A stretch of 64,000 nt of DNA from Eledone cirrhosa (GCA_964016885.1 OZ024740.1:369954001-370018000), one strand, 5' to 3'; counted from the first letter of the stretch, positions 1-11,992 are shown. The notes: generated from the sequence alone by a model not told the origin. A program made the numbers and translations.

Positions 1-854
1 TTTAGAGATACCCACCACCTGCTGTTGACGATCGCTCCAGTCAACCGTTCCTTAACTAACGTACTAATCCGATTCCTGTAGGCTCTACTTGCCGGCAAGG
101 ACAAGTTGAGCTTCCAGTAACCGGGGCCCTGTCTATGAGTTCTGTCAAGGTTGACCATGCAGGTCACTAATTTGTGGTCTGAATAGCCAACAATGCGCAT
201 TTTTGGACAACTTAAAAAGTTCTTATCCTTAATTCTAACTAAGAACCTATCTAGGTACGACCTAGATGATCCGCTACGATTTGCCCAAGTCCAGGTTGGC
301 GCAGTCGGAAAATCTAGTCGATATCTATCGGCCAGGTCAAATCGACCGATTAACCCTTTGAGGCTATTACACCCCTCTCTATCGGGGCAGGCCCCTACGT
401 AGTCCCAGCGTGCATCTAGGATACCATTCCAGTCCCCCACTAATAGCAAAGAGCGGGACGTCCCTAGAAAAGTCTCCAGACGATGGAAAAAGTCCGGCCG
501 CATTGACCCGAAAGGGCCGTAGGCGGCTACCAACCTAAACGCTCCGCCTTTACCACTGCCAAGGTCCAGAACCACTAGTCGACCCTCCGGGTCCAAATGT
601 ACCATCTGTGTTGCGAGACCCAGATGTTTTTGCAGCAGAACGACAACTCCACCCCCACCTCCGGGCTGACAGAGAGATGCGTGCATCTCAAAGTCATCAA
701 AGGTGGGGGCCAGCTGTCGCACGTTGCTGATCCGGGCCTCGCAAATAACCATCACATCTATACGTTGTGACCTGAGGTCATTTAGAAGCATTGCTTGCTT
801 CCAAGTTGAGCCCAGGCCACGCGCATTTAAACAGCCTACTCTTAGCATAGCCAT
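1..854 (-). CDS. Tx1 ORF2 N-terminus (APE endonuclease), partial, open to the window edge
   Basis: Manual translation from the ATG at 854 gives MAMLRVGCLNARGLGS..., LVGDWNGILD, SRSYLDR, YSDHKLV and GPGYWKLN. I found no stop before the window edge, which would explain its absence from the ORF track. Confidence 0.9.
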   Translation of the reverse strand, partial: MAMLRVGCLNARGLGSTWKQAMLLNDLRSQRIDVMVICEARISNVRQLAPTFDDFEMHASLCQPGGGGGVVVLLQKHLGLATQMVHLDPEGRLVVLDLGSGKGGAFRLVAAYGPFGSMRPDFFHRLETFLGTSRSLLLVGDWNGILDARWDYVGACPDREGCNSLKGLIGRFDLADRYRLDFPTAPTWTWANRSGSSRSYLDRFLVRIKDKNFLSCPKMRIVGYSDHKLVTCMVNLDRTHRQGPGYWKLNLSLPASRAYRNRISTLVKERLTGAIVNSRWWVSL

Positions 855-878
855 GTTGGTGGTGAAGAGAAAAGGCAC

Positions 879-2171
879 TTACCTCTCTGCGTCCCGGGTA
901 TCGGGCTGCACAATTTCCATTAGGGTGGGGGATGGGTTGTTGGGTGGGGTGGTGGTTTGTGGAAGTGTGGGGGCATCAGTGTGTTGTGTGGTTGGGGAGC
1001 TTGGAGTTGTGAGGGTGTTTGAGGAGGGGGTGGGATAGTTTTTTAGGAGGACGCGGTTAATGGGCCCGACGCAGGGGGGACCCACGTCCTCTTTAAAATT
1101 GTTTTTTAAAGTTTTATAGGTGTCCTGTGGGGCCTTAATCATTTTGAGGTGGGGGAAATCCCCTGCCTGGGTGAAGTTAGGCCCTTGTGTTTTTATTAGA
1201 TTGTTGTTGTACACAATATTTAACAGTTTTTTGTTTCTTGTATTTATGTATGTGTATGCATGTTTTTGTTTTTGTGTTGTGTTTTTTGTTTGCTGTTGTG
1301 AGCTCTTTTGTGTTGGTATCAGTGTTATGTTTTGGGGAGGGTTTTTTTTCATTTGTGTGTCTGAGGTGTGTTTTCTTTTTTTTCTTTTGATTGTGTGGAA
1401 GTGCTCCTCCTCGTCTGACGACGAACTAGGGTCATCTTCCGCGTTGGAGGGGAGGGGTATATTTTCGGGTTGTGTTTGCGGTACGGGTGTTTTGGAAATT
1501 GTTTTTGTTTTTTGAGTGGAGGGGATGGGTTGGACATTGTTTTGTTTTGGTTTGAGCTGTGGTGGTTGTTTTTGTAGTGGTAGTTGTGGTGATTGTGTTG
1601 GTTGTGCAGTTGTTGGTGGTGTAGGCAGGATTGGGGTTTTCTTATTAAGTTGGGGACAGACAGCCCTCAGGTGACCTCTGGTTCCGCAGAGGTAACACGA
1701 GGGCAGTCTACCCTCAACGGTAATGTTGATGAAGGTTAGATCATCCAGTATGACGCGTTCAGGGATCTGGGCGATCCTTTCGGGCCTCATTTGAACTACA
1801 AGTTCGAGGCTCGTTCCACTGAACGCGTCACCCGATGCCTTTCCCATGGACACCAGCATGTCATCCTCCAGGTCCAGAAAACCTGTCAAAACCCACCATA
1901 TGTCCATAATCGGCAGGATGGTGTGGATTTTTATTTTTTGTGTTCTTCTACCCATGTACGTAGGGTAGAAGGTGTATGCGGTGGATGTGATTGGTCTGAT
2001 GGACAGTTTCACTGCTGTGTCCCTGTCCTTCATGAGAATGGATAGACTCCCGTAGAGTCTATCCTTCTGAATGAAGGTGATGTCCTTCATGACGTCTTTT
2101 AAAACCAGCTCTATCTCGCTCTGTGATGGTTGAGCTGGTTTTTTACTTTTGTTCGAGATTGTCCTAAACAT
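879..2171 (-). CDS. Tx1 ORF1 (Gag-like nucleic-acid-binding protein), probably N-terminally truncated
   Basis: 430-aa ORF with zinc knuckle CYLCGTRGHLRAVC, a basic NLS-like KRKKRK and a P/Q/T-rich linker. Copy 2 has homologous sequence further upstream. Confidence 0.88.
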   Translation of the reverse strand: MFRTISNKSKKPAQPSQSEIELVLKDVMKDITFIQKDRLYGSLSILMKDRDTAVKLSIRPITSTAYTFYPTYMGRRTQKIKIHTILPIMDIWWVLTGFLDLEDDMLVSMGKASGDAFSGTSLELVVQMRPERIAQIPERVILDDLTFINITVEGRLPSCYLCGTRGHLRAVCPQLNKKTPILPTPPTTAQPTQSPQLPLQKQPPQLKPKQNNVQPIPSTQKTKTISKTPVPQTQPENIPLPSNAEDDPSSSSDEEEHFHTIKRKKRKHTSDTQMKKNPPQNITLIPTQKSSQQQTKNTTQKQKHAYTYINTRNKKLLNIVYNNNLIKTQGPNFTQAGDFPHLKMIKAPQDTYKTLKNNFKEDVGPPCVGPINRVLLKNYPTPSSNTLTTPSSPTTQHTDAPTLPQTTTPPNNPSPTLMEIVQPDTRDAER

Positions 2172-2198
2172 GACCGTGTTTAGGAGTCTCTGGCTTTT

Positions 2199-2232
<34 letters not shown>
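2199..2232. repeat. (GATA)n microsatellite forming the 3' tail/target of Tx1 copy 2
   Basis: Perfect TAGA/GATA repeats directly after AATAAAGAAAT on the minus strand. Confidence 0.95.
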
Positions 2233-2233
<1 letters not shown>

Positions 2234-2471
2234 ATTTCTTTATTTGCCACTAGGGCATACAAGATTGGGGCAAATACAGGGGTGGGGAGTTTACATACAA
2301 TAAAAGCGTGTACAAAAATTATAACAGTTCAAAATCAAATAAACGAAATCCTCAATAGGGACGGTGCATTCACCTGGGTCTCACCTCCCCCGAATAAAAT
2401 GTGCAACCCTCCTCCTCAGGTGCACAAAGAGCGGGTGCTCCCTTCATCTCCTCCTTCTACTCCTCTCTCAC

Positions 2472-5400
2472 CTACAGGCTGATACAGAGAGAAGGCCCAT
2501 TCACTCGGGCCATTCTCGCCACTTTCACCCACCTTTCATAAAACTTGCTGGGGTAGAGCATCTCTCTCTCTCCATTCTGATCCTTCTTCCAAAATGGTAT
2601 TAGAAAAAAAGGACCAGTTGTTGGCCGGAGAGAAAGGTGTCCGCCCTCAGCCCGTTCAGCCTCGTCCATCATACAATCTCTTTAGCTATGGCTATCACAC
2701 AGAGGTAAACCGCCTCTCCTTGGTTTTTGAAGGGAGGAGGCGGCTTGATCGTGACAATGGACTAGTGGTCAACCGGATTGGTCCCACCCGCGACAGTAGT
2801 CGTTCCACATAGCGCCACAGGTCACCTGCGCCCGGGCAGTATACGAATCCGTGTGCGACGGTTTACTCGTCGCGCATGCATCTCGGACAGATCTTTTTCG
2901 AAGGGTTCCTACGCGGGCGCCCATGTCTGTAGAGCTTGTCCCGAACGGGTATAGACCTTTGGTAGCACTGCCAGGCCAGGGACCTTTGGAAGTTGTCCAA
3001 CGGTCCCGGGGCAAACGTCCTACCGAACAGACTGGCTAGTTCGTCTTCCTCCATGCCCAGAGCTTCTCCGAGAGCACCGTCGCACCTTCTGCGAAACCAC
3101 CCTCTATAGAATGTCGAGGTGGAGTCTCCACTGATTGCCAGGTCCGCTTGCCAGAAGGCCGTGGGCGCCTGGGCACATTCAATGTGCCAGTCGCCCGCTT
3201 TTCTCGGTCTTTGCTTGACCCAGGGCTGCAGGCGGTGAGCGAGACTTGTCTTAAGAAGGCTTGCCTCACAATCGGGGCCCACACCGGTTGACCGGTGAGG
3301 CATACCTGTAGGTGCCAGGCCTTAATGCGTGTTTACGCATCGCCAGCCACGGCAACCCCAGCCCTCCGTTCGAAGGGTGTTGACAGCAGTTGGACCTTCT
3401 CACCAAAGGGGTCCCCTTCTTCCAAAGGAAATGAAATAGCGCGCGCTCCATTTTGCTGAGCGTTTTCGCTGGGCAAGGCCAGACGGTCAAGCCGTAGTAT
3501 ATGACGGACGCTATATAAGTGTTCCCAACCTCCGTTCGACCTTTCAGGGATAGTTTGCTCTCGGCCCACTATTGGGCGGGTTCAAACACCCTGACGTTAC
3601 CTCGTCCCAGTATTTCTCCACCTGGAGATCTGGTCCGAACCAGCTTCACCGGTCCCTCCTTCCAGCGTCCGACCACACCGTCGGAGCACATTGGTTTGCC
3701 TCTCCACGTTCCGAGTTGCAATCCGACAGACTTGTCCCGGTTCAGCTTGGCTCCTGTAAACCTTTCGTATTCCTCCAGTAAGATGCCGATCTCCCCCATT
3801 TGCGAGGCGCTCGACACCATTACTGTCACGTCATCGGCGTTGGCCGACACTGTTTTCCGCAATCTCGGTTCCACAGGGATGCCCTGCAACAGCTCCAACT
3901 TCCGCAGTAGTGGCTCGAGAGCCAGCATATACAGAAGGGACGAGAGAGGGCACCCCTCTCAGATGCATCGCCTGATTTGGAACGGCTCCGAGAGATAGCC
4001 GTTCACCTTGACCCTTGAGCAGATGTTGCTGCTGTACATTGTAGCAATCCAGCCCCTGAAAACGGGTTCGAAGCCTTCCGCCGCGAGCACTGCATCCAGG
4101 TACCGATGGTCGACTTAGATTGATCCAAGTTGATCAGGGCCCAACCAAAGCCGAGTTCATTCCCTACCCTCTCTACGATGTATCGCATGAGGTGGAGGTT
4201 GTCATGAATGGACCTGTACGGCATTGCGCATGTCTGCGCTTCTCGCACCAGGTTCCCGACGACAAGCGCAAACCTATTCGCTAACACCTTGGCCTGAATC
4301 TTTAACTCTGCATTTAGCAGAGTTATGGGCCTAACGTTACTTATCTCATCTCCCTTGTTCTCGTCCTTCCTCGCCAGCGAGATTACGCCTTTAGTCACAG
4401 AACTGGGAATTTTCTCGCTCTGTTGCCAGTTGCAGTAGACCGCCTCGACGACATCGGAGAACAAGTTCGGCATTGCTACATACATTTCGTATGGTAGACC
4501 ATCGAGACCCGGAGATTTGCGTTTGCCGCATTGGCTCAGCGCTTCCCGTATTTCAGCCGCGGTAGACCGTAGAGGTATGGACCTAAATCCATAGTCTCAC
4601 CAGGCCCCCGCCCCTCCCGAACAGTTGTACAAAGTGCCGCTGAAAGGCCGCGCACATCTGCTCAGGTGCAAGGTTCACACGCCCATCCTGGTCCTTCAAA
4701 GACCGAATCGTGGACTTGTTTCCACTTTTTGACTCTGTCACTCGGGCCCAGCTAACAGCTTTGGCTCCCTCGTTACTCAGAGCACCTATTTTACTCATGA
4801 GATGCAGCCCTCATACTTCGCGTCAAAGAACTGGTCTAAGGCCGTTCTTGACGCCAGCACGTTGGCCACGTTGCCACGCCTAATAGCCTCTTCTACTCTA
4901 TCTACTAATTCCTTTTCAGTTTTATTCCTAGCTCTTTCTAATTCCTGATTAAAACCTATCTCTTCTATTCTAATTGCTCTCTTGAGAGCCCCACCACCTA
5001 CTGTTGACAACTGCCCCTGTCAACCGCTTCTTAATTAAAGTGCTAATCCGTTTACTGTAAGCGTTGCTTGTCGGTAAGGACAAGTTTAGATTCCAGTAAC
5101 CGGGTCCCTGTCTATAGGTTCTATCAAGGTTGACTATGCAGGTCACTAACTTGTGATGCGAATAGTCAACCATGAACATTTTTGGACAGCTTAATATGTC
5201 CCTATCCTTATTTCTAACTAGGACCCTATCTAGGTGGACCTAGATTGTCTGCTTCGGTTAGTCCACGTCCACAGTGGTACAGTTGGAAAATCTAGTAGAT
5301 ATCTATCGGCCAGGTCAAATCGGCCGATTAACCGTTTGAGGCTGTTACATCCCCCTCTAGCGGGATATGCTCCTACATAGTCCAGGATACCATTCCAGTC

Positions 5401-5741
5401 CCACACTAAAAGCAAGGAACTGGACGTTCCTAGAAAAGTCTCTAAGCGTTGGAAGAAGTCCGGCCGCGGTGTCCCAGATGGGGCATACGCGACCACCTGC
5501 CTAAAGGCTCCACCTTCACCACTGCCGACGTCTAGAACCACCAGTCGACCCTCCAGGACCAGGTGTACCTCCCGGCTTACAGAGAGATGCGTAGATCTCA
5601 AAGTCGTCGAAGATGGGGGAAAGTTGGCTCTCGCTGCTGATCCTGGACTCCCAAATAGCCATTACATCCACTCTGTGCGACCTGAGGTCATTTAAGAGTT
5701 TGCCCTGTTTCCAGGACACATCCAACTCTTATATTGGCCAT
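2472..5741 (-). pseudogene. Tx1 ORF2 (APE, reverse transcriptase, C-terminal zinc finger), multiply frameshifted
   Basis: ORF-track fragments include GPGYWNLN, RPITLLNAELKI, INLDQSK, SANADDVTV (YADD with Y>N), GGLGLPWL and CPRC. Confidence 0.92.
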
Positions 5742-5782
5742 GTTGGTGCTGAAGAGTTAAAAGGAACAGGAAAAGAAATTAC

Positions 5783-7132
5783 TTACCTCTTCGTCCCCTG
5801 GGGACCAGGCTGCACAATTTCCATGGGAGTGTTGGAAGGGTTGTTTGGTGGGGTGGCGCCTTGTGGTGGGCTGCGGACATCAGTGTGTGGTGGGGTTGGG
5901 GTGTTTGGTGGGGTGTGGGTGTATGTGGTGGGGGTGGGGAAACATTTCACGGTTAAATGGTTTGGTGCAGGGGTCCCCACATCCATTGGATGGTTCTTTT
6001 TCAGTGTTATATAGGTATCCATTAGGACCCTAATCATATTTAGGTGCGGTTTGCCAGCTGCGTGGGTGAAAGTGATCCCTTCGGTTTTCACCGCTGGGTT
6101 ATTGTCTATTGCTTTCATCAAAGTTTTATTGTTCTTGTTAAAGTATGTATAGTGTTTTTGTTGTGTTGTGTTTGTTGTGTTGTGTTGTGTTTGTTTTATT
6201 GTTCTTGTGTGTGTTTGCGTTTTGTTGTATGTGTTTTGTTTTCGGGAGGGGTGGTTTTTGTTCGGTTTGTTTTTTCTGTTTGTGTTGGTGTTTGTGTGTT
6301 TGTTTCGTTCGTGTGGTGTCTCCTTTTTTTTCTTTTCACGGGTTGGAAGGGTTCCCCCTCATTTCCACTGGGTGACGTTGAAAGGGAGTTCTCGTCCGTG
6401 TTGTATGGAATGGGTATATTTTCGGGTTCTATTATCTCTATGTGTGTTTTTGTATTTGTTTTGGGTGGGGAGGGGTTGGGGAGGACAGTGTTAGGTGTTT
6501 TTGTTTTTGTTGTTTTTGTTGTTGTTGTTGATGTTGAGGTGGTGGTGGTGGTGGTTGTGTTGGTGTTGTTGTGGTGGTAGTGGTGGTTGTGTTGTTGTTT
6601 GTTCAGTAGGCAACAGCGCCTTTTATTATTTGTTAATTGAGGACAGGCAGCCTTTCGTTATGTTCGAAATTGTTCGGAAGGATATGGTCCTCAGAACCGT
6701 ATTTCTTCTAATTTATTAGGGGGGAGGTGATTGTAAATTCTCCTCCTTCCCCAAAGGTCACATAGTTCCTTGCTTATTTTAACAATTATTTTGCATTCGA
6801 AATGTCGAGTGTCTGTAGGTCTGTGTCTCTCGTACCGCCTGTGCGAAAGAAACTGCAGTTGCGGGTCCGTTTTGTTTTCTTTGTTGGTGTTTTCCCTTGC
6901 GCCTGTGTTATTTGTGTTATCGTTGTTGGTGTGGTTGGCTGTAGTGCTCATGCTGTTATTAATTCCATTTGGGTTAGGTTAGCACCATTTTTACAGAATT
7001 TGTTGTTAATTCCATATTCATTGTTTCTTTTTCGGAACTGAGGAGGGAAGACTTAGCACGTTGCGCTGCTTTTTTAACTCTTTCACCTTGCTTGGGGAGC
7101 ATGGCACCGTGAGATGTAATAATGGCATCCAT
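5783..7132 (-). pseudogene. Tx1 ORF1, frameshifted and internally deleted
   Basis: C-terminus MEIVQPGPQGTKR* is homologous to copy 1 MEIVQPDTRDAER*. The FRTISN motif is shared. The segment up to and including most of the zinc knuckle is missing. Confidence 0.8.
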
Positions 7133-7334
7133 TACTACTGGCGAATTCGTCAACAAATTTTTACAATGAAAATTTCACCCCAAAATGGGCGAAAATTATT
7201 AACCCCAACGTCTGCAGTCCCAGGCGAGGGGTTAAATTAAATAATAAAAACAAATTTAACAATAAACTCACAATTATTTGTTTAAATATCCACAATACTC
7301 GAGGAGCGAAGTAAACCACGTCTATCGTCACCAA

Positions 7335-7348
7335 GATAGATATATAGG

Positions 7349-7386
<38 letters not shown>

Positions 7387-7387
7387 T
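7335..7387. repeat. (GATA)n microsatellite, 5' flank of Tx1 copy 2
   Basis: Imperfect GATA repeats. Confidence 0.93.
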
Positions 7388-7407
7388 GTAGCTATAAATA
7401 TATAATA

Positions 7408-8622
7408 CTAGCAGCTGAGCCCGGTTGCACATGGGCTACTGGGGGCCACTTTTTATTAAGTTAATAAGTTGAGGGGCGACGTGAAGAGAGTGGTTTGACA
7501 GAGAGACGTTGGGTGGAGTAGGGTTCAAAGATGTTATTGCAGGGCTTCTTTGTAGACAACGTTCCTGGTGTTGCCCGGGTTACCACCAATGAAAAGATTG
7601 TGTGGACTGCCGACGCGGGAGCATCCGACGTACAGTTGACCATGGGAAAATACTTGCTGTGTTGGATTTAGGCCAACCACTTGCAGCAATTGTCCTTGTG
7701 CATTGTTAATGCTCATTGAAAAGCAAAGTTTTATGGGAAACTGCCGTCGCGTAAATTCATAGGGGACGTCAGAGGGACTAAGGCTCATAGGAGTAATTAA
7801 CCTGGTCACGCCAGCAGCGGGTCCGCTCATAATGGTTGTGTCCAGAATTTTGGTCCATATTTTTTTATGATTAAACGCGTTCCGTGAAAGGTTCTGGTGC
7901 ATCCACGTTTCTCAGCAGCATAACTGGCACACCAACCTTCAGTTTCAGATCATGAGGAGGAGGTCCTGGAGGTAGTTTACTGTTGAGGAATTCAATTGGC
8001 AATTTGAGTTAAAATCGATAGAAAAAGACCGTTTTGGGGCCCTAGAGACCACATTTTTCAATTTAGAGAACCCCAAGAAACAAAATAACAAAGTATATCG
8101 ATAAAAAACATACCTGCGCACACGCCTCCATTCTTCGCAATTTAAGGGCTTTATTTCGTTTAGAAGAAAATACTGGTCGTTTTCGGTTAGGCATATCGTA
8201 TAACGATACTATAGAAGCAGTGTAAAAGTATTTTAGGTTAAATACTGAACCACTGAGAGCACGTAGTCGTTTCAACAAAAAGTTGCATTAAAAAAGGGAC
8301 GCATTGAATGTAAAATGCTAAGCTAAAAGCGAAAAATTAATGTTATTGTTTACGTATAATGAATTGGAAATGCTTCACTAAGAGATGGATATAAAAGTAT
8401 TTTAGGTTCAATAGTATAGGGATGTGTGTAGGATACATACATAGATACATACATACATACACACGGCGCTCAGCTTTATATAAGTATCGTGTGTATGTGT
8501 GTGTGTGTGTGCTATGCGAGCGACAACAGATCAAAGATATACACATTACTGAAAGTTAACTAAGTTTGATGGTCACTCTCTGTCTCTCTCTCTCTCTCAC
8601 TCCCTCTCTCCCTCTCTCTCTC

Positions 8623-8681
<59 letters not shown>

Positions 8682-9051
8682 CTATCTCTCACTCTCTCTC
8701 TGAATATATAACACTTTAATTTTTCTCTCTGTCTAACGGTCTATCTCTCTCTGCAGTGTTGTCATATAGAGTGAAGAGCGACAGAGACAGTAAAGCAGTT
8801 AAATTATAGAGAGGGGGGAATGATCTATTATAGAGAGAGGGAAGAGCGACGGAGAGAGTAAAATCGAGAGAAAAAGACCGTTCTTTTCCCCCTAGATACC
8901 ACATTTTCCAATTTAGAGAACCCCAAGTTGACCTGTCGCTTCCTCGGCACCGTTTACATTAATGTGTAAATGTTCATGACAATCAGATCATTGGTACTAC
9001 CATTTTACCTGTATCAGACAATTTTCGCCCATTTCACATTTATATAATAGA
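7408..9051 (-). mobile_element. Helitron, internally deleted (non-autonomous)
   Basis: On the minus strand it starts A|TCTATTATATA (9051) and ends ...GCTGCTAG|T (7408). A subterminal GC-rich hairpin GCCC-ATGTGCAACC-GGGC is present, and it carries a PIF1 helicase C-terminus. Confidence 0.85.
7534..8005 (-). pseudogene. Helitron PIF1-type helicase, C-terminal fragment
   Basis: PHDLKLKVGVPVMLLRN, RRQFPIKLCFSMSINNAQGQ, VFSHGQLYVGCSRV and TRNVVYKEAL*. Confidence 0.9.
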
Positions 9052-10484
9052 TATGTGGCTGAATATGTTGTTTTATATTAATGTATGTCATATACAATAA
9101 TTCTGAAAATTAGTACTTTCTTGCGGTAATTTTGAACTTCATTGATTCTGATCCCTTAGTTACAAAATAGTTTAATACCACGTACTAGCTCATTTCGCAT
9201 AGAATTTCCTATCTTTTCAGTATTAACTACATTTTCAGTAAATCTTTCATTATATTTTCGACGAACGGCGAAAAATATAATGAAATGTGTTTCTTTGTCA
9301 CAAATGGTGAAATCATGAAATGTTTGTTTTTATTTAAATTCATACGTGCATTTTTTATTGAAATCATATAAAAAACTTATTTTAGTATGGAATTCGATAT
9401 CCATAAATGTTATTGCATTGCACCAGCCGAGGAGGTGGAAAACTTATTAAATGACGGTCGTTACGTGCAATTGAGTATGGCTTGGTAAATTGTGCCATGA
9501 TTTCGTGAAGAGTGTTATGTGCTTATGTAGTTCGAAGTATCCACATATACGCCCTCTTTTCTCACGCCCTCTTCCTTGACCTAGTGCTATATCCAGAATA
9601 TCACTGAAAGAGCAAGAAACAGATACATCACTAATGTCTAATAAGAGAAAGCTGTTTGCGAAAAATTGAATTAATTTACGCTGCTAATATCTGACGTCGA
9701 GCTAAAAGCTACCGTAATAAGGTATACTGTTTTCAACTCTTTTGGCAAAATTGATCCTCATGTTACATGAAGAATAACAGCGTAAATTAAGTATTGACCT
9801 CTTTGTTGACATTCGTAAAATTGTATTTTGATAACTGGTTACAGTCCTTTAAATTCACTAGTGTGTATATCATGTATGGCGATCACATTCCCTATTTATC
9901 GTCCTTGGGCCTCCTTACAGACGATAATTCACATTCGCCTCTTCTGGACATAGCGTAACAGAGCAAGAACACAATATTGAAGCAATCAAACATATTTCAG
10001 CAAATCAAACTGTCTCTTGACCGCCGGAAAAAGCAAATAAAATTGGCAAACATATGTACATGAGTCAAAAGATACAACACTTTCAATATATAGTTCTTTA
10101 ATTGAGTTTTGTCAAATCAAATATAATATATGAATAAAATATAAACCCAATATTTACTTGTGTGATTAAACAATCATTTGCAACTTCTTTGTAATACTAG
10201 ACGAACAGATAATCACACTGGCTGCAAGCAGTATTGTTGAAAGGATGTTCAGAAAATTCCTTTAAAGAGATCAGAAAATAAGGTAAAAGGAGAATCGCTA
10301 TATTTACTTTTCACGGTCGAATGTAAACAGTAATTATTAACAGAACGGCATTGTAATCCTTAACGAAAAAAAAACACAAGAAAAAGCGAGACGCTGTTAT
10401 GACTATAAGTGAAATAAACGACATTCTGAATCAATACTTTAAACTCCCCGCTCTTTCTATCACTCTTTGTTTATATATATACGA

Positions 10485-10520
<36 letters not shown>

Positions 10521-10525
<5 letters not shown>

Positions 10526-10608
10526 TTTACGTAAGGGTTATATATGATTATAGAATGCCCATATAGTTAAGATCGTATTCTTTATACAATTCTCTGTCTT
10601 CCTGTCCA

Positions 10609-10640
<32 letters not shown>

Positions 10641-10700
10641 ACTCACTCTCCTCTCTCTCATTATATATATATATATATATACATCTATATATATATGTAG

Positions 10701-10740
<40 letters not shown>

Positions 10741-10742
10741 AA

Positions 10743-10794
<52 letters not shown>

Positions 10795-10905
10795 AGAGAG
10801 AGAGACAGAGAGAGAGATGGACAGGAAGAGAGAGGATTGTATAAAGAATACGATCTTAACTATATGAGCATTCCATAATCACATATAACCCTTAAGTAAA
10901 GACAT
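10521..10905. repeat. Long imperfect inverted repeat (about 100-bp arms) around a (TA)n spacer
   Basis: 10521-~10620 is the reverse complement of ~10805-10905, with a few substitutions. Confidence 0.9.
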
Positions 10906-11992
10906 GTCAGAGATGAAATATCTCATTTTTTTAGGGCCACATGAGAATATAACAAGTTTACTGGTAACGAGCTTATCTTTCAGGTCAGAAGAAATCTTTA
11001 TTGTAAATGTCAAGAAGTGAGGGATTATTTCGTTAATGTCTCATTCCATATTAGAAGAAGCAAACGAAATTATAGTTCCATTCTTTTGTACACTGCACAA
11101 GTTTTTCCAATGTTAGCGCAACCAATCTAAATACTTTCAGAAACCAATATATGCTTAAGGTTAATAGAACAGTCGAAGCAATTCGTTTTTCAAAAACCAT
11201 TGTTGCACAGCATAAAAATGTTACTGTAATTTCGACAACTGAGTTTAAGATAATATATTGTCTCAATACTAAAATATTTATACTGACATGTATAAGGTTA
11301 AATGGAATGTCGGGATTCATTTATATATTCCACAATATATTGGCGTATAAGAGTCAGCTTATTTCAATTTCATTATCTGTATTCCTTATTTATATATTAG
11401 CGAGGAAATGAAAAAAAAAAACAACGGTATTAATTGCAAAACATTCATAATGGGAGATATTTACTTCATGCGTTGCCTAAAGTTACATTCATATTAGTAA
11501 AGAGAACAGCTACAACGAGTGCTGAAAACGGTATCTGAAATATGTTGTTCCTACCCCTGCTTTATATATTACATATTAACTGCATACACTGCCTACATGG
11601 CTGCTGTTATGGACGTTAATATACCAATGATTAGTTATACATATATGCATTATACATTAGAGTAGTGATGCTGAAGTCATCTTTCTAATCTAAATATGAT
11701 TAACAATACCCAAAATGTGTGATTATCATAACGTACTTATGTCCTTGCCACTTCCAGTAATTTCTTTTTAAAATATGGAAATAATTTCGAGTTCAGTCCA
11801 TCATATAAAAGACACATACAGGAACTGTGAAATATCGATTTTCATCTTCTACTCTACACAATCTGTATATGATGTCTGAAATAGCTTTCTCTAGTTTTTC
11901 TGAAATAATTCCGCTGGAGGAAAATGCAAGATTAATTATTTGGGAGGGTCACGATATTGACGAAGTTGATTCGCCGCGGAAAGGTTTTGTTT

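Larger units (their letters stand above)
1..2198 (-). mobile_element. Tx1-clade (L1 group) non-LTR retrotransposon, copy 1; 5'-truncated, runs off the left edge
   Basis: ORF1 with a CCHC knuckle is followed by ORF2 with an APE endonuclease. The 5' end abuts (GATA)n at 2199. Homologous to copies 2 and 3. Confidence 0.92.
2233..7334 (-). mobile_element. Tx1-clade non-LTR retrotransposon, copy 2; full-length span but decayed
   Basis: 5' UTR, ORF1, ORF2 (APE-RT-CCHC) and a 3' UTR with AATAAA, flanked by (GATA)n on both sides. Confidence 0.93.

Noticed and set aside
5750-5786. 37-nt GTAAGT...TTCAG micro-intron that would fuse ORF1 to ORF2 in frame in Tx1 copy 2
   Set aside because: It is very short for a spliceosomal intron, and the AG is absent in copy 1 (TTCAC) and copy 3.
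9685-9730. Hammerhead-like CTGACGT-AGCT(AAA)AGCT-CGTAA
   Set aside because: Both core motifs are altered and there is no clear stem I.
10930-11990. Possible hAT (SPIN/Buster-like) transposase traces on the minus strand
   Set aside because: Only faint motif resemblance (KPF..E, KAIS), which I cannot support by eye.
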